DNA of 64,000 bases, from assembly GCA_963803435.1 (NCBI GenBank), contig CAWDML010000003.1, positions 704,001 through 768,000 of the forward strand, given 5' to 3'. This DNA is from an uncultured delta proteobacterium (GTDB lineage Bacteria; Myxococcota; Kuafuiibacteriia; Kuafuiibacteriales; Kuafuiibacteriaceae). Below, piece after piece: positions 9,948-19,493 of this stretch. How positions within the stretch are numbered: the stretch's first letter is position 1; each line of letters starts with the position of its first letter. A program made the translations under genes and the position numbers. The notes under the pieces are model-generated. The model saw only the letters and a program-made list of their open reading frames with translations. It was not told the origin of the DNA and did no database searches.

Positions 9948-11615
9948 ATGGGTCATTCATCCGCGCTTCGTGTTCACAGCGTGTCTCGGGGCGGAGTCAC
10001 GTACGTTCGTTTGAATGGAACCGTGGACGAGAGCTTCGATCCTCAGGCGCTCCTCGCCGAAGCCCGCGGTCAGAAAGTCATTCTCAATCTCAAGGGCGTC
10101 ACGCGCCTCAGTTCTTTCGGCGTGCGCGAGTGGACCCACGCGATGCGCGAGCTTTGTGCCAGAGTGGAGCACGTCTACCTGGTCGAAGTTTCGCCGGCGG
10201 TGGTCACCCAGCTGAACATGGTGGCCAACTTCGCAGGCGCGGCTCACGTTCTCTCGGTTCAGGCACCGTTCTATTGCGATTGTGGCTACGAAAGCGAGAT
10301 CACCTACGACCTCCGCGACGGTGAGGTGAACCTGGGCTCGGTCGTCTGCCGCGAGTGCGCCAGCCTCATGTCGTTCGACGACGATCCCGAGTCCTACTTT
10401 CAGTATCCGCTCGAGAACGCGCGCAGTCAGCCGATCGATCCCAACATCGACGTGTTCCTGCGCCATCTCTCGGATTCGTTCCAGGAAGACGGCGGTGGCA
10501 TGCGTTCGTTTCCGCCGCCCGAGAGCGCGAGCAACGTTCGCACCAGCGAGATCCCGATTCCCTCCATCGTCCCGCATGGGACGAACCCGGGACTGCCGAT
10601 CCCCACGCGCGTCACGTCCGTCGGGACGATGGGCGGCGGCACCACCGGAACGGGCTCGTTCGCGCGGTCGCAGGATCTGTCGATGACGCAGCAGCACCCT
10701 CGGCCACCGCCGCTGTGGGTGAGCGCCAGGAGTGTGCTCCTAGGACTCTCGATTCCGGTTGTGCTCGCGATCTTGGTCCTCATCCTTTGGCCCGCCGGAG
10801 GCAGCGGCTCGGGTCTCCCGGACGAGGCGAAGCAGGAGTTCAAGGAGCACTTCTCGCAGGGACGCTGGGGTGAGGCTGCGCTCCTGGTCCGGCGCCTCGA
10901 GCGGCAGAAGAAGATCTCGCCCGAGGCCGCCGAGCGGGTGAAGGAAGAGATCAAGGCGGCCGCGCTCGCGCCCTACAACGAGCACCTCGAGAACCAGCGC
11001 TACGCCGAGGCCGCGCAGCTCGTCACTCAGGCAGCCCGCGATCGCGTGATCGCGCCGCGCGACTCGACGCGGCTGCACAAGGAGGTGATGGAACGGGCGA
11101 TCGCCCGCCACCGCGAGCTCCTGGCGGCACAGCAGATCTCGAGCGCCGAGGCACTTGCCGAGGCCCTGACGCAGAGGGACGTCCTCCCGGCCGCGCTTCG
11201 CCGCAGCTTCCAAAATGACCTCACGCTCGATCGCCAGCAGCTCTCCGAGAAGCTGGAGCGCAAGGCCCGCGAGGCCTTCGAGACCGAGCACTGGGAGGAG
11301 GCGAACGCGGCGATGGACGTGATGCTCCGCCTCGGTCCGCCCGAGCCCGACATCATGTTCCTCAAGGCGGAGGCGCTCCGCAAGCTGGAGAAGATGAACG
11401 AGGCCGCGGCGCTCTACGAGACGTTCATCGGCATGGTGCAGCACGACGACCCGCCCCACACCAACTTCGACGGAGCGCTCTACTACCGGGCGAAGTACCT
11501 CGCCGACTCGGGCAAGACCCGCGAAGCGAACGAGCTGTTCAAGCGGGTGACCGAGATTCCGAACAGCCGCTTCCACGACAACGCGGCGAAAGCACTCCAG
11601 CACGAATCGAACTGA
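9948..11615 (+). CDS. Membrane protein with STAS+Zn-ribbon, one TM and periplasmic TPR region
   Basis: LNLKGVTRLSSFGVREW, CDC...CREC, TM LLGLSIPVVLAILVLILW, TPR-like helices ending ALYYRAKYL. Confidence 0.7.
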   Translation: MGHSSALRVHSVSRGGVTYVRLNGTVDESFDPQALLAEARGQKVILNLKGVTRLSSFGVREWTHAMRELCARVEHVYLVEVSPAVVTQLNMVANFAGAAHVLSVQAPFYCDCGYESEITYDLRDGEVNLGSVVCRECASLMSFDDDPESYFQYPLENARSQPIDPNIDVFLRHLSDSFQEDGGGMRSFPPPESASNVRTSEIPIPSIVPHGTNPGLPIPTRVTSVGTMGGGTTGTGSFARSQDLSMTQQHPRPPPLWVSARSVLLGLSIPVVLAILVLILWPAGGSGSGLPDEAKQEFKEHFSQGRWGEAALLVRRLERQKKISPEAAERVKEEIKAAALAPYNEHLENQRYAEAAQLVTQAARDRVIAPRDSTRLHKEVMERAIARHRELLAAQQISSAEALAEALTQRDVLPAALRRSFQNDLTLDRQQLSEKLERKAREAFETEHWEEANAAMDVMLRLGPPEPDIMFLKAEALRKLEKMNEAAALYETFIGMVQHDDPPHTNFDGALYYRAKYLADSGKTREANELFKRVTEIPNSRFHDNAAKALQHESN

Positions 11616-11666
11616 CGCTCCCGAGCGGCGTGTCCCCTCTAGGGGGCCCGGGCGGGCGCGGGCGGC

Positions 11667-12182
11667 TCAAATGCCGCTGCGCTTGCGGCCGATCTGGGAC
11701 TGGCGCTGGCGCAGCTTCTCGATCTCCGAGTCGCGCTCCTCGATCACGCGGAGGAGGCCCGAGCGTTCCTTCTTGTGCTCCGTCTCCTCCTCCAGGTAGC
11801 GCTCCTTGAGGCGGCGCTCGTCGGTGACGTCGCGGTGCGTGACGAACACGCCGGTGATCTGGCCCTGGTCGTTGCGGATCGGAATGGCGGAGAGCTCGAG
11901 CACGAGCTCGCGACCGTCCTTGGTCTGCCCGCGGATCTCGTTCATGCGAACGGGCGCCTGCTTCTCCATGCACTGGAGCGCGATGCAATTCGACTTGCAG
12001 ATCTCGAGGCGCAGCGACTCGTAGCAAGGCGAGTCCTTGATTTTCCGCCGGTCGGCGCCGCGAAGATCGAGCATCTGAGCGAACGCGGCGTTGTGCGTGA
12101 GGACGCGACGTTCGCGATCCACGACGAAGTAAGAGTCGAGGAACACGGGACCGAGCCGTTCGACTGCGTCATGATCATCCAA
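11667..12182 (-). CDS. Stand-alone PAS-domain protein with coiled-coil tail
   Basis: FVVDRERRVLTHNAAF, PCY...C..C..C, IRNDQGQITGVFVTHRDVTD. Confidence 0.8.
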   Translation of the reverse strand: MDDHDAVERLGPVFLDSYFVVDRERRVLTHNAAFAQMLDLRGADRRKIKDSPCYESLRLEICKSNCIALQCMEKQAPVRMNEIRGQTKDGRELVLELSAIPIRNDQGQITGVFVTHRDVTDERRLKERYLEEETEHKKERSGLLRVIEERDSEIEKLRQRQSQIGRKRSGI

Positions 12183-12185
12183 GGT

Positions 12186-13754
12186 TCACCTCTGGTCGTC
12201 TTTCGCCATCTCGTCCATCTTCGTGACTACCTCCATCAACGCGTGTCGCGTGTCGATCGGATAGATCGGCGACTCACCGTTCATGATGGGCGCGGCCTCG
12301 CTGAAGCTGAAGTCACCCTCACGACAGCCGAGGAGCTCGATGAGCGCCGCCTCGATCTGGATCTGCATCGCGTGCTGGAGGGTGTCTCCGTTGATGATGC
12401 CGTCCTCGACCATCGCGAGGCCCAGCTGGAGCGGGTCCTCCCCTTCGTCGAGGATCGTCACCTCCAGATCATCCTTGGTGATCGCCTTGAGCCGCACCAG
12501 GATCGCAAGGATGTCGTCGCTCGACGGTGACTGCCCGCCGATCAGATCGCCGTTTTGGATCCGGAGGTTGCCGTCGATCCTTCCGCGGATCTCGAGGATG
12601 CCGGTGGACCGGTGGACCTTGAGGAATTCGAGCACCTCGACGATGGGAAAGATCTGGATCTCGCCGGTGATCGAGCCCGAGCGGAGGACGGGCGAAAGGA
12701 CGGCGGGATCGGCCCAGGAGAGCTGGCGTTGCTCGGGCGGACGGGAGAGCTGCAGCATCGTGTCGCGGAGCGCGGCCTCGATCTCGCGGTCGGCTGGATC
12801 GAGCTGAGTCGCCTTCATCAGCGAGTTGCGTGCCTGTTCCAGATCGCCGAGCTCGCGCAGCGCGAGGCCGACGTTGTAGTGGGCGAGGCTCCAATCGGGC
12901 GCGAGGGAGGCGACCTCCCAGAACGCCGCCATCGCCTCTTCGGGCTTGGTCGCGGACAGCAGCGCGACGCCGTAGTTGAGTCGGACTTGCGGTGAGCGCG
13001 GGTTGAGCTTGATCGCTTGCTTGAGCGCGTGCGTCGCGGCTTCGTGCGAACCGGCGCGCGACAGCGCCATGCCGAGATCGGCGAAAGCCTCGGCCGAGTC
13101 GGGGCGCGCTCGCGCCACCTCCGTGAGGAGCTCGACCGCGCTTCGGTGGTGGCCTCGGTTGGAGAGGCCGACGCCGAGCGCAGTCTTGGCCTTCAGATCA
13201 CCCGGATCGAGCTCCGCGACCTGGCGCCAGGCGCGGATCGCACCGGAGTGGAGGCCTTGACGGCCGAGGATCGAGCCCAGATGACGGTAGGCCTCGGTGT
13301 TGTTGGGATCCGCGTTGAGCGCCAGGTAGTAGTACGAGATCGCCTCTTCCACGTGCCCCATCTGCTCGCACGCGATCGCGTATTGCAGGCACGCCTCCGC
13401 ACCGTGGTCCGAGAGCACGACAGCTTCGCGCAGCGGCTTGGTCGCTTGATCCACCTGTCCCCACCTCAGCAAGAGTGCCGCCAGCTTGAGACGCCCCTGT
13501 ACCGACCGGGGATCCGCCAAGCAGACTTGGAAGAAGGCCTCGCCGGCGCCGGCTTCATCCTGCATCCCGAGGAGGGACAGCCCGATCGACATCGCGAGGT
13601 CCGCGGGCGGGCTGCAGGTGAGGGCCTGCCTGAGGGCTGCGTGTGTCTCTTGGAGCTTGTCCTCGTTGGCGAGCGCGACGCCCAAGTCGTACCAGGCGCG
13701 CGCGTCGTCGGGATGCTCCTTCACGCGTTTGCGGAGCTGGCGCAGTGAGCTCAT
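12186..13754 (-). CDS. TPR-repeat protein with C-terminal DUF4388 (PatA-N-like) domain
   Basis: Repeated PDxAxAxxxLG TPR units; ITGEIQIFPIVEVLEFLKVHRSTGILEI...EGDFSF. Confidence 0.8.
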   Translation of the reverse strand: MSSLRQLRKRVKEHPDDARAWYDLGVALANEDKLQETHAALRQALTCSPPADLAMSIGLSLLGMQDEAGAGEAFFQVCLADPRSVQGRLKLAALLLRWGQVDQATKPLREAVVLSDHGAEACLQYAIACEQMGHVEEAISYYYLALNADPNNTEAYRHLGSILGRQGLHSGAIRAWRQVAELDPGDLKAKTALGVGLSNRGHHRSAVELLTEVARARPDSAEAFADLGMALSRAGSHEAATHALKQAIKLNPRSPQVRLNYGVALLSATKPEEAMAAFWEVASLAPDWSLAHYNVGLALRELGDLEQARNSLMKATQLDPADREIEAALRDTMLQLSRPPEQRQLSWADPAVLSPVLRSGSITGEIQIFPIVEVLEFLKVHRSTGILEIRGRIDGNLRIQNGDLIGGQSPSSDDILAILVRLKAITKDDLEVTILDEGEDPLQLGLAMVEDGIINGDTLQHAMQIQIEAALIELLGCREGDFSFSEAAPIMNGESPIYPIDTRHALMEVVTKMDEMAKDDQR

Positions 13755-13913
13755 GGATGCGGCGACGCTTCTCCTAAGTATCGCCGGCCTGGCGGGAGCG
13801 CAAGACACTGGCGCAGGCGCGTGGTCGTGTGTGGGAGGGCCCAGGGGCCGCGGCGTGTGCCACATGTTGCGGGGTTCGCCAGCCGATGCTCTACTAGGCC
13901 GGTCCCGTCGTCG

Positions 13914-15839
13914 ATGGCATCCAAGGACAATCAGTTCGGGCGATACCGCCTGATCGGGATCATGGCGTCCGGCGGGATGGCGAGGCTCTACCTCGCCGTG
14001 ATGACGGGTGTGGACAGCTTCACCCGGGTCGTCGCCCTCAAGCGCGTACTCCCGCAGTTCGGTCGGTCGCGTGAGTTCGTGCGGATGTTCGTCAACGAGG
14101 GCCAGCTGGCGGCTCGCCTCGACCATCCCAACATCGTCCGCATCTACGAGCTGGGCGAGATTGATGGCCAGTACTTCATCAGCATGGAGTACCTGCCAGG
14201 CGAGGATCTTGCGCAGATTCTCCGTCGTTGCAGGAAGCTGGCGCGGTACGTTCCCACCAACATCGCGGCGGCCCTGGGACAGAGCGTCGCCGAGGCGCTC
14301 GAATGCGCCCACGAGCTGGCCGACGACAACGACCGCAAGCTCGGGCTGGTCCATCGCGACGTCAGCCTCTCCAACGTCCTCGTGACCTACCACGGGGTGA
14401 CCAAGCTCGCAGATTTCGGGATCGCGAAGGCGACCCAATCGAGCGGCGCGGCCACTCAAGCCGGCGTTTTCAAGGGCAAGTTTGCCTACGCGTCGCCGGA
14501 GCAGGTCGCCGGCAAGGAGCTCGACGCGCGCACGGACATCTTTGCGCTCGGCATCGTCCTGTGGGAGACGCTGGCCCTCAAACGCCTGTTCAAGCGGGCC
14601 AACGACGCCGCCACCATCAGCGCCGTCGAGAAGGCCGAGGTGCCCTCGCTCCGGACGATCCGTCCCGAGATCCCGGTCGAGCTCGATAACATCGTCCTCA
14701 AGGCGCTGGCGCGGCGGCGCCGGGATCGATTTCAGACGGCCCAGGAGCTCAGCGACGCGCTCGAAGAGGTCCAGCGGACGACGCTCGGTCGTGCCACCGC
14801 CAAGGACCTGCGCGAGTGGCTGGAGGACCTCTTCGGCGCCGAGACCGCCAAGCTCAAGAAGCGCATCGCCCAGGGCCGGGGCCTGGAGAACCTGGCCGAC
14901 GCCGAGGGCGTGCTGCCCGCGTATCAGGCTCGGCTGCGGCTCAAGCCGATGACCGCAGGCGACGCCCTCCTGGACGAGCCCGACGATCTGTCACCCCCGA
15001 AGCCGGGCAAGGTGGAGGATACGCCGCAGCCGAGGATCTTCGGTGCGCAGCCGAGGGGCTCGCACATCACCAACCTCCGGGCGGGCTCGCAGACCGCCCG
15101 CGGGCCCACCACCGGGAGTATTCCGGGCACGCCGCGGGTGGCCTGGTCGATCGATGAGGATCCGGAGGGGAGCGAGGCCACGCGACTCATGTCGGATGTG
15201 GCGGCCTCGCCCGTTCTGAACCCGCCGGTATCGGTCTTCGACTCGGACTGGCGGGGTCCAGGATCGGGATCGCAGTCGGTGCGGCAGGATCTCGGTGCGT
15301 TCGCGCAGCCGAGCGTGTCGCGCGGAGGCTTCGCGCTGGGGGTCGGGTTCGGGTCGCTCATTCTCATCGGTGTGATCGCGCTTCTCGTGGCCAAGGGGAC
15401 GCCGTCCACACCGTCTTCGATCGGCTTGGGCGAGGGGGAGCTGGCGCTGTCGAGCGTGCCGGCGCCCGCACAGATCTACGTGGACGGCGAGGACACCGGC
15501 ATGGTGACGCCCGCAGTGATCCGCGCCCTGCCCACCGATCGGCGGGTCCGCCTTCGCGTCGAGAAAGAAGGATTCGTCCCGGGGGAGGCCGATGTCCAGC
15601 TCGATCCGAAGCGGCGTGTCGAGAAGACGATCCCGCTCGAGAAGGTCGGAATCGTCAAATTCGTGAATGTGCCGCCCGACGCCACGCTCGTGATCGACGA
15701 GACTCCGATCGACGACATCGATCCGGTCGAGCTCAAGCCCGGCGAACATGAGCTGCGCGCGGAGCGCAAGGGCGAAGTGCTTTTCAGTAGAACGATCGTC
15801 GTCAGTCCTGGGGACCAGACGATCCCCGCACGAGAGTGA
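13914..15839 (+). CDS. Hanks-type Ser/Thr protein kinase with TM and PEGA domain
   Basis: VALKR, HRDVSLSN, DFG, YASPEQ; TM segment; SVPAPAQIYVDG...TP (PEGA). Confidence 0.92.
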   Translation: MASKDNQFGRYRLIGIMASGGMARLYLAVMTGVDSFTRVVALKRVLPQFGRSREFVRMFVNEGQLAARLDHPNIVRIYELGEIDGQYFISMEYLPGEDLAQILRRCRKLARYVPTNIAAALGQSVAEALECAHELADDNDRKLGLVHRDVSLSNVLVTYHGVTKLADFGIAKATQSSGAATQAGVFKGKFAYASPEQVAGKELDARTDIFALGIVLWETLALKRLFKRANDAATISAVEKAEVPSLRTIRPEIPVELDNIVLKALARRRRDRFQTAQELSDALEEVQRTTLGRATAKDLREWLEDLFGAETAKLKKRIAQGRGLENLADAEGVLPAYQARLRLKPMTAGDALLDEPDDLSPPKPGKVEDTPQPRIFGAQPRGSHITNLRAGSQTARGPTTGSIPGTPRVAWSIDEDPEGSEATRLMSDVAASPVLNPPVSVFDSDWRGPGSGSQSVRQDLGAFAQPSVSRGGFALGVGFGSLILIGVIALLVAKGTPSTPSSIGLGEGELALSSVPAPAQIYVDGEDTGMVTPAVIRALPTDRRVRLRVEKEGFVPGEADVQLDPKRRVEKTIPLEKVGIVKFVNVPPDATLVIDETPIDDIDPVELKPGEHELRAERKGEVLFSRTIVVSPGDQTIPARE

Positions 15840-16822
15840 AAAAAGTGGTTCCTGCGAAGATCGACCCCGCGCACGCCGTGACACGCTACGCACTGCTCGT
15901 GTCGAAGAACCCGAGCAGGGCCCGCAAGATCGCCTCCATTCTCGGCGTCGGCGGGCTCTCCGCCGAGGTTGTCGATGGACCCGCCGCCATCGGAAGGGTG
16001 ATCACGGCGCGGCAGGAGCGCCCCTCGATCTTCTGCTTTGCGGGCGAGCTCAACGAGACTCTCCTCGCCTGTCGCGACCATCCGGCGCTGGACATCTTCA
16101 CGATCGTCGGTGATCCGGACGCCAACCTCTTCGGGGTGGCCGGCAAGGTCCCGCAGATCATGGGAGTCGTCGGGCTGCGGACGCCGGACGGTCCCCCGCG
16201 CGCGTGGGAGATCCTGCAGATCGCCCGTCGCCTCACCGTGGGCAAGGTGCCGCCGCCGTCGGCCCCGCTGGCCTGGGGCCACTCCTGGTCCGAGCACACC
16301 ATCGCGGGGCTCAAGGAGCGGGACGAGCTCATCGAGCAGGTGCGGGGGTTCTGCAGCGACTTCCAGACGCCGCGGCAGGCCTCGGCGACCTCCCAGCTCG
16401 CCGACGAGCTGATGATGAACGCGATGTACGACGCGCCGGTCGACGAACAGGGCCAGGAGCGCTACGCCCACAATCGCAACAAGGCGATCGAGCTCGAGGT
16501 ACGGGAGCGGCCGACCTTCGGCTTCGGCTGCGATGGCGCGCGGATCGTCATTTCCATCGCCAATCCGTTCGGGCGGCTGCCCAAGGGCGCGGTCTTCGGC
16601 GGCATCCATCGCGGCCTGACCACCGGAAAGATGGATACGCGGGGCGGGGGTGCAGGCCTCGGCATGCTCCTGATCCACCACGCGGCCAAGGTCCTGTTCT
16701 TCGACGTGGTTCCGGGTCGCCGCACCCAGGTCACCGCCATCGTGGAGCTAGACCTACCTCCCCCCGAGTTCCGGAAGATGCCGGGCTCTGTTCACTTCTT
16801 CGTACATCGTCCCCCGGTTTGA
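15836..16822 (+). CDS. Second RsbW-like GHKL ATPase/Ser kinase, paralog of 8850-9779
   Basis: ELMMNAMYDAPVD, NPFGRL, GGAGLG; C-terminus SVHFF matches SIHFF of the paralog. Confidence 0.7.
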   Translation: MKKVVPAKIDPAHAVTRYALLVSKNPSRARKIASILGVGGLSAEVVDGPAAIGRVITARQERPSIFCFAGELNETLLACRDHPALDIFTIVGDPDANLFGVAGKVPQIMGVVGLRTPDGPPRAWEILQIARRLTVGKVPPPSAPLAWGHSWSEHTIAGLKERDELIEQVRGFCSDFQTPRQASATSQLADELMMNAMYDAPVDEQGQERYAHNRNKAIELEVRERPTFGFGCDGARIVISIANPFGRLPKGAVFGGIHRGLTTGKMDTRGGGAGLGMLLIHHAAKVLFFDVVPGRRTQVTAIVELDLPPPEFRKMPGSVHFFVHRPPV

Positions 16823-16854
16823 AAAGATTCCGTTCCTAGCTTATCGAATTTGAG

Positions 16855-18756
16855 ATGCCCTCCGTCTTGATGATCGATCCACAGGAGGACTTCACGGTCC
16901 CCCTGGCCGACGCGCTCCGCGAGGAGGGCTACGCGATCACCACCGTGGTGGACGGGAAGGAGGGCGTCGATCTCGCGCAGCGAGACCGACCCGACGCGAT
17001 CGTGCTGGCGGTGGAGCAGCGGGGGATGAACGGTCTCATCATCTGCTCACGTCTACGCCGAGCCGCGGCGACCCGGGCGATCCCGCTCGTGCTCACCAGC
17101 GTGGACGAGACCAGCTTCGCCAGCCACAGGAGCTCCAAGTCGAAGGCCGACGCGTACATTGCCAAGCCGTTCTCCGCCATCGATCTGGTGGGCGTGCTCG
17201 GCGGTCTGATCGAGACCAGCCGCGACACGGTCTCGGACCTGGAGATCCCGGCAGGGAAGCCGAGGATTCCGCCACTTCGATCGTCGCCCGGCCCGCTGCC
17301 GTCTTCGAACGGGCGGGTCGCCAGCACGGCGGATCTGCTCGCCACCGACCTCCCGATGCCTCGGGATGACTCCGGCGCGGAGCTGGACTGGATGGTGAAG
17401 CTCCGTCAGTCGATCGCACGGCGCGACGCCCAGATCGCGGAGCTGCGTGCGCGGGCCGAAGAGGCGATGCGCATCCAAGACGGCGTTGCCGAGATGGAGC
17501 GGCGCTACCAGGAGGAGGTGCTGAAGGCGGTTCGCGAGCGGGACGAGACGGTCAAGGCGCACATGTCGATGCAGGAGAAGCTGACGTCGACGCGCCTGGA
17601 TCTCGACGACACCAAGAAGCGGCTCACGCGCGAGAAGAAAGCGCTGGAGGAGCGGCTGGCGCAGGTCCAGAAGCAGAGCGACGAGCGGCTGGCGTCCCTC
17701 ACGAAGCAGAGCGACGAGCGGCTAGCCACGCAGAAGAAGCAGGCCGAAGAGGTCGCTGCAGCGCTGAAGTGGCAACTCGACGAGGTCTCCCAGCGCGAGG
17801 CGCAGACGACCTCGGCGCTCGAGTCCGCAAATCGGCAGAACAAGACGCTCACTCAGAAGCTGGACGAGACGACGCGCAACCTGGAGATGTCGAAGAAGGT
17901 CGCCGCCGACCTCAAGGGCCAAAACGACAAGCAGGCCCACCGGCTGGCGCAGCTCGAGGAGGACCTCAAGCGCTCGCTCGCCGACGCCGACTCGAAGGCG
18001 AAGACCATCGCCCGGCTGGAGGACGAGCTCTCCAAGGCGAAGGCCGAGCACGCGACGGTGGCCATGACGCTCAGCGAGGATTCGAAGTCGACGCAAGCGG
18101 GGTCCGACGCCAAGTCCAAGACGATCGCGATGCGAGACGACGAGCTCGCCAAGCAGAAGGCGAACTACGAGAAGCGCCTGGCGTCATCCGATGACCTGCT
18201 CAGGAAGGCCAACGCCAAGCTCGAGACCAGGCTCAAGCAGCATGCGAAGGACCTCGAGGCCCGTGATGTCTCCAACGCCGGTCTCAAGCAGAAGGTCGCA
18301 GGGCTTGCCGAAGAGCTCGCCCGCGAGAAGTCGGAGCACGAGAAGATGCTCGAGGTCTCGGCCGAGGTCCACGCCAAGGAGATGAACCGCATCCGCGAGG
18401 AGCACCAGCTCAGAGCGGCGCAGATCGAGCAGCAGCATCGCGATGCCCTCAAGCGGGTGGAGGCGGAGCGGGCGGCGCTCGAATCGGATCGACACGCGCT
18501 GGAGGGCCAGGCGATCGATCTCGGCAAACGGCTCGCCACCGTGGAGAAGACGCTCAGCATCACCAAGGCGCAGCTCTCCCAGCAGGAGAAGAAGAGCGAC
18601 GAGCTGGCCGAGCAGCTGACGTCATCGGAGATCCGCGCGGCCGAGGTCGATCGCGCGCTCGCCGACGGCAAGCGCGTCCGTCAGGAGCTGAACGATGCTC
18701 TGGCGGAGATCGGCCGGCTGCTCGAGACCGCCCGCGGCGCTGTCTCCTCGCTGTGA
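16855..18756 (+). CDS. FrzS/AglZ-like pseudo-receiver plus long coiled-coil protein
   Basis: RDRPDAIVLAV (Ala at the phospho-Asp position), NGLIIC, FASHR..K.DAYIAKP, then about 450 aa of heptad-rich sequence. Confidence 0.75.
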   Translation: MPSVLMIDPQEDFTVPLADALREEGYAITTVVDGKEGVDLAQRDRPDAIVLAVEQRGMNGLIICSRLRRAAATRAIPLVLTSVDETSFASHRSSKSKADAYIAKPFSAIDLVGVLGGLIETSRDTVSDLEIPAGKPRIPPLRSSPGPLPSSNGRVASTADLLATDLPMPRDDSGAELDWMVKLRQSIARRDAQIAELRARAEEAMRIQDGVAEMERRYQEEVLKAVRERDETVKAHMSMQEKLTSTRLDLDDTKKRLTREKKALEERLAQVQKQSDERLASLTKQSDERLATQKKQAEEVAAALKWQLDEVSQREAQTTSALESANRQNKTLTQKLDETTRNLEMSKKVAADLKGQNDKQAHRLAQLEEDLKRSLADADSKAKTIARLEDELSKAKAEHATVAMTLSEDSKSTQAGSDAKSKTIAMRDDELAKQKANYEKRLASSDDLLRKANAKLETRLKQHAKDLEARDVSNAGLKQKVAGLAEELAREKSEHEKMLEVSAEVHAKEMNRIREEHQLRAAQIEQQHRDALKRVEAERAALESDRHALEGQAIDLGKRLATVEKTLSITKAQLSQQEKKSDELAEQLTSSEIRAAEVDRALADGKRVRQELNDALAEIGRLLETARGAVSSL

Positions 18757-18768
18757 GCCGCGCTCGGC

Positions 18769-19410
18769 TCAGCGTCTCTTCTTCTTCCTGGCCTTCTTTT
18801 TCTTCGGGCGAGCCTCGCGGAGCGGTCGCATCTCGCGAATCGTGGGCGGCGGATCGAGCGCATCGGCGCGGGCCTTGAGATCATCGGCGCGGGCCTCGTC
18901 GCCGGAGCGCGCGTAGAGGTCGGCGGCGCGGCGGTACAGCACGGCGGAGGTTCCGGTCTCCTCGGCGGCTGCGGCCAGCTGCTCGGCGGCCTCCGCCAGA
19001 CGACCCAGGCCTTCGAGCGCCGTGGCTCGCAGGCTACGGACCTGGAGATCCGCGGGTCCCCCCGCCCGAGCGAGCTGGGCCTCGGCGTCCGCAAAGGCCC
19101 CCACGCCGATGAGCTGGGCGGCGAGCTCGACGCGGGCGCCCTCGACCCCGGGATCGAGCATGAGCGCGCAGCGAAAGTGTGCGATCGCGGCGTCCGGGTG
19201 ACCAAAATCCGCCAGATGGCGGGCAAACGCCTGCTGGAGACCCGCGCTTCGCGGGGCGGCCGAAAGCTGAGCAGCGAGGGCCTGGCCGGTGGCGTCGAGG
19301 TCGAACGCGATCGCGAGGCACGGCTTTGGGAGGTTCTCTTGGGGTTGGGCGGGCGCCGCCGTCGCGCAGCCGGTGATGAAGGAGAGGATCACCCCAGATC
19401 GGCCGCGCAC
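18769..19410 (-). CDS. TPR-containing lipoprotein
   Basis: Lipobox ITGC, Ala-rich TPR-like helices, basic tail. Confidence 0.6.
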   Translation of the reverse strand: MRGRSGVILSFITGCATAAPAQPQENLPKPCLAIAFDLDATGQALAAQLSAAPRSAGLQQAFARHLADFGHPDAAIAHFRCALMLDPGVEGARVELAAQLIGVGAFADAEAQLARAGGPADLQVRSLRATALEGLGRLAEAAEQLAAAAEETGTSAVLYRRAADLYARSGDEARADDLKARADALDPPPTIREMRPLREARPKKKKARKKKRR

Positions 19411-19493
19411 CGGTGCAACGTAGATCTCTGTGATCGCGACGTCTAGCGATCCGTGACTTGCCCTGCCACTTCGCGACCACTAGCTTCCGCGCC

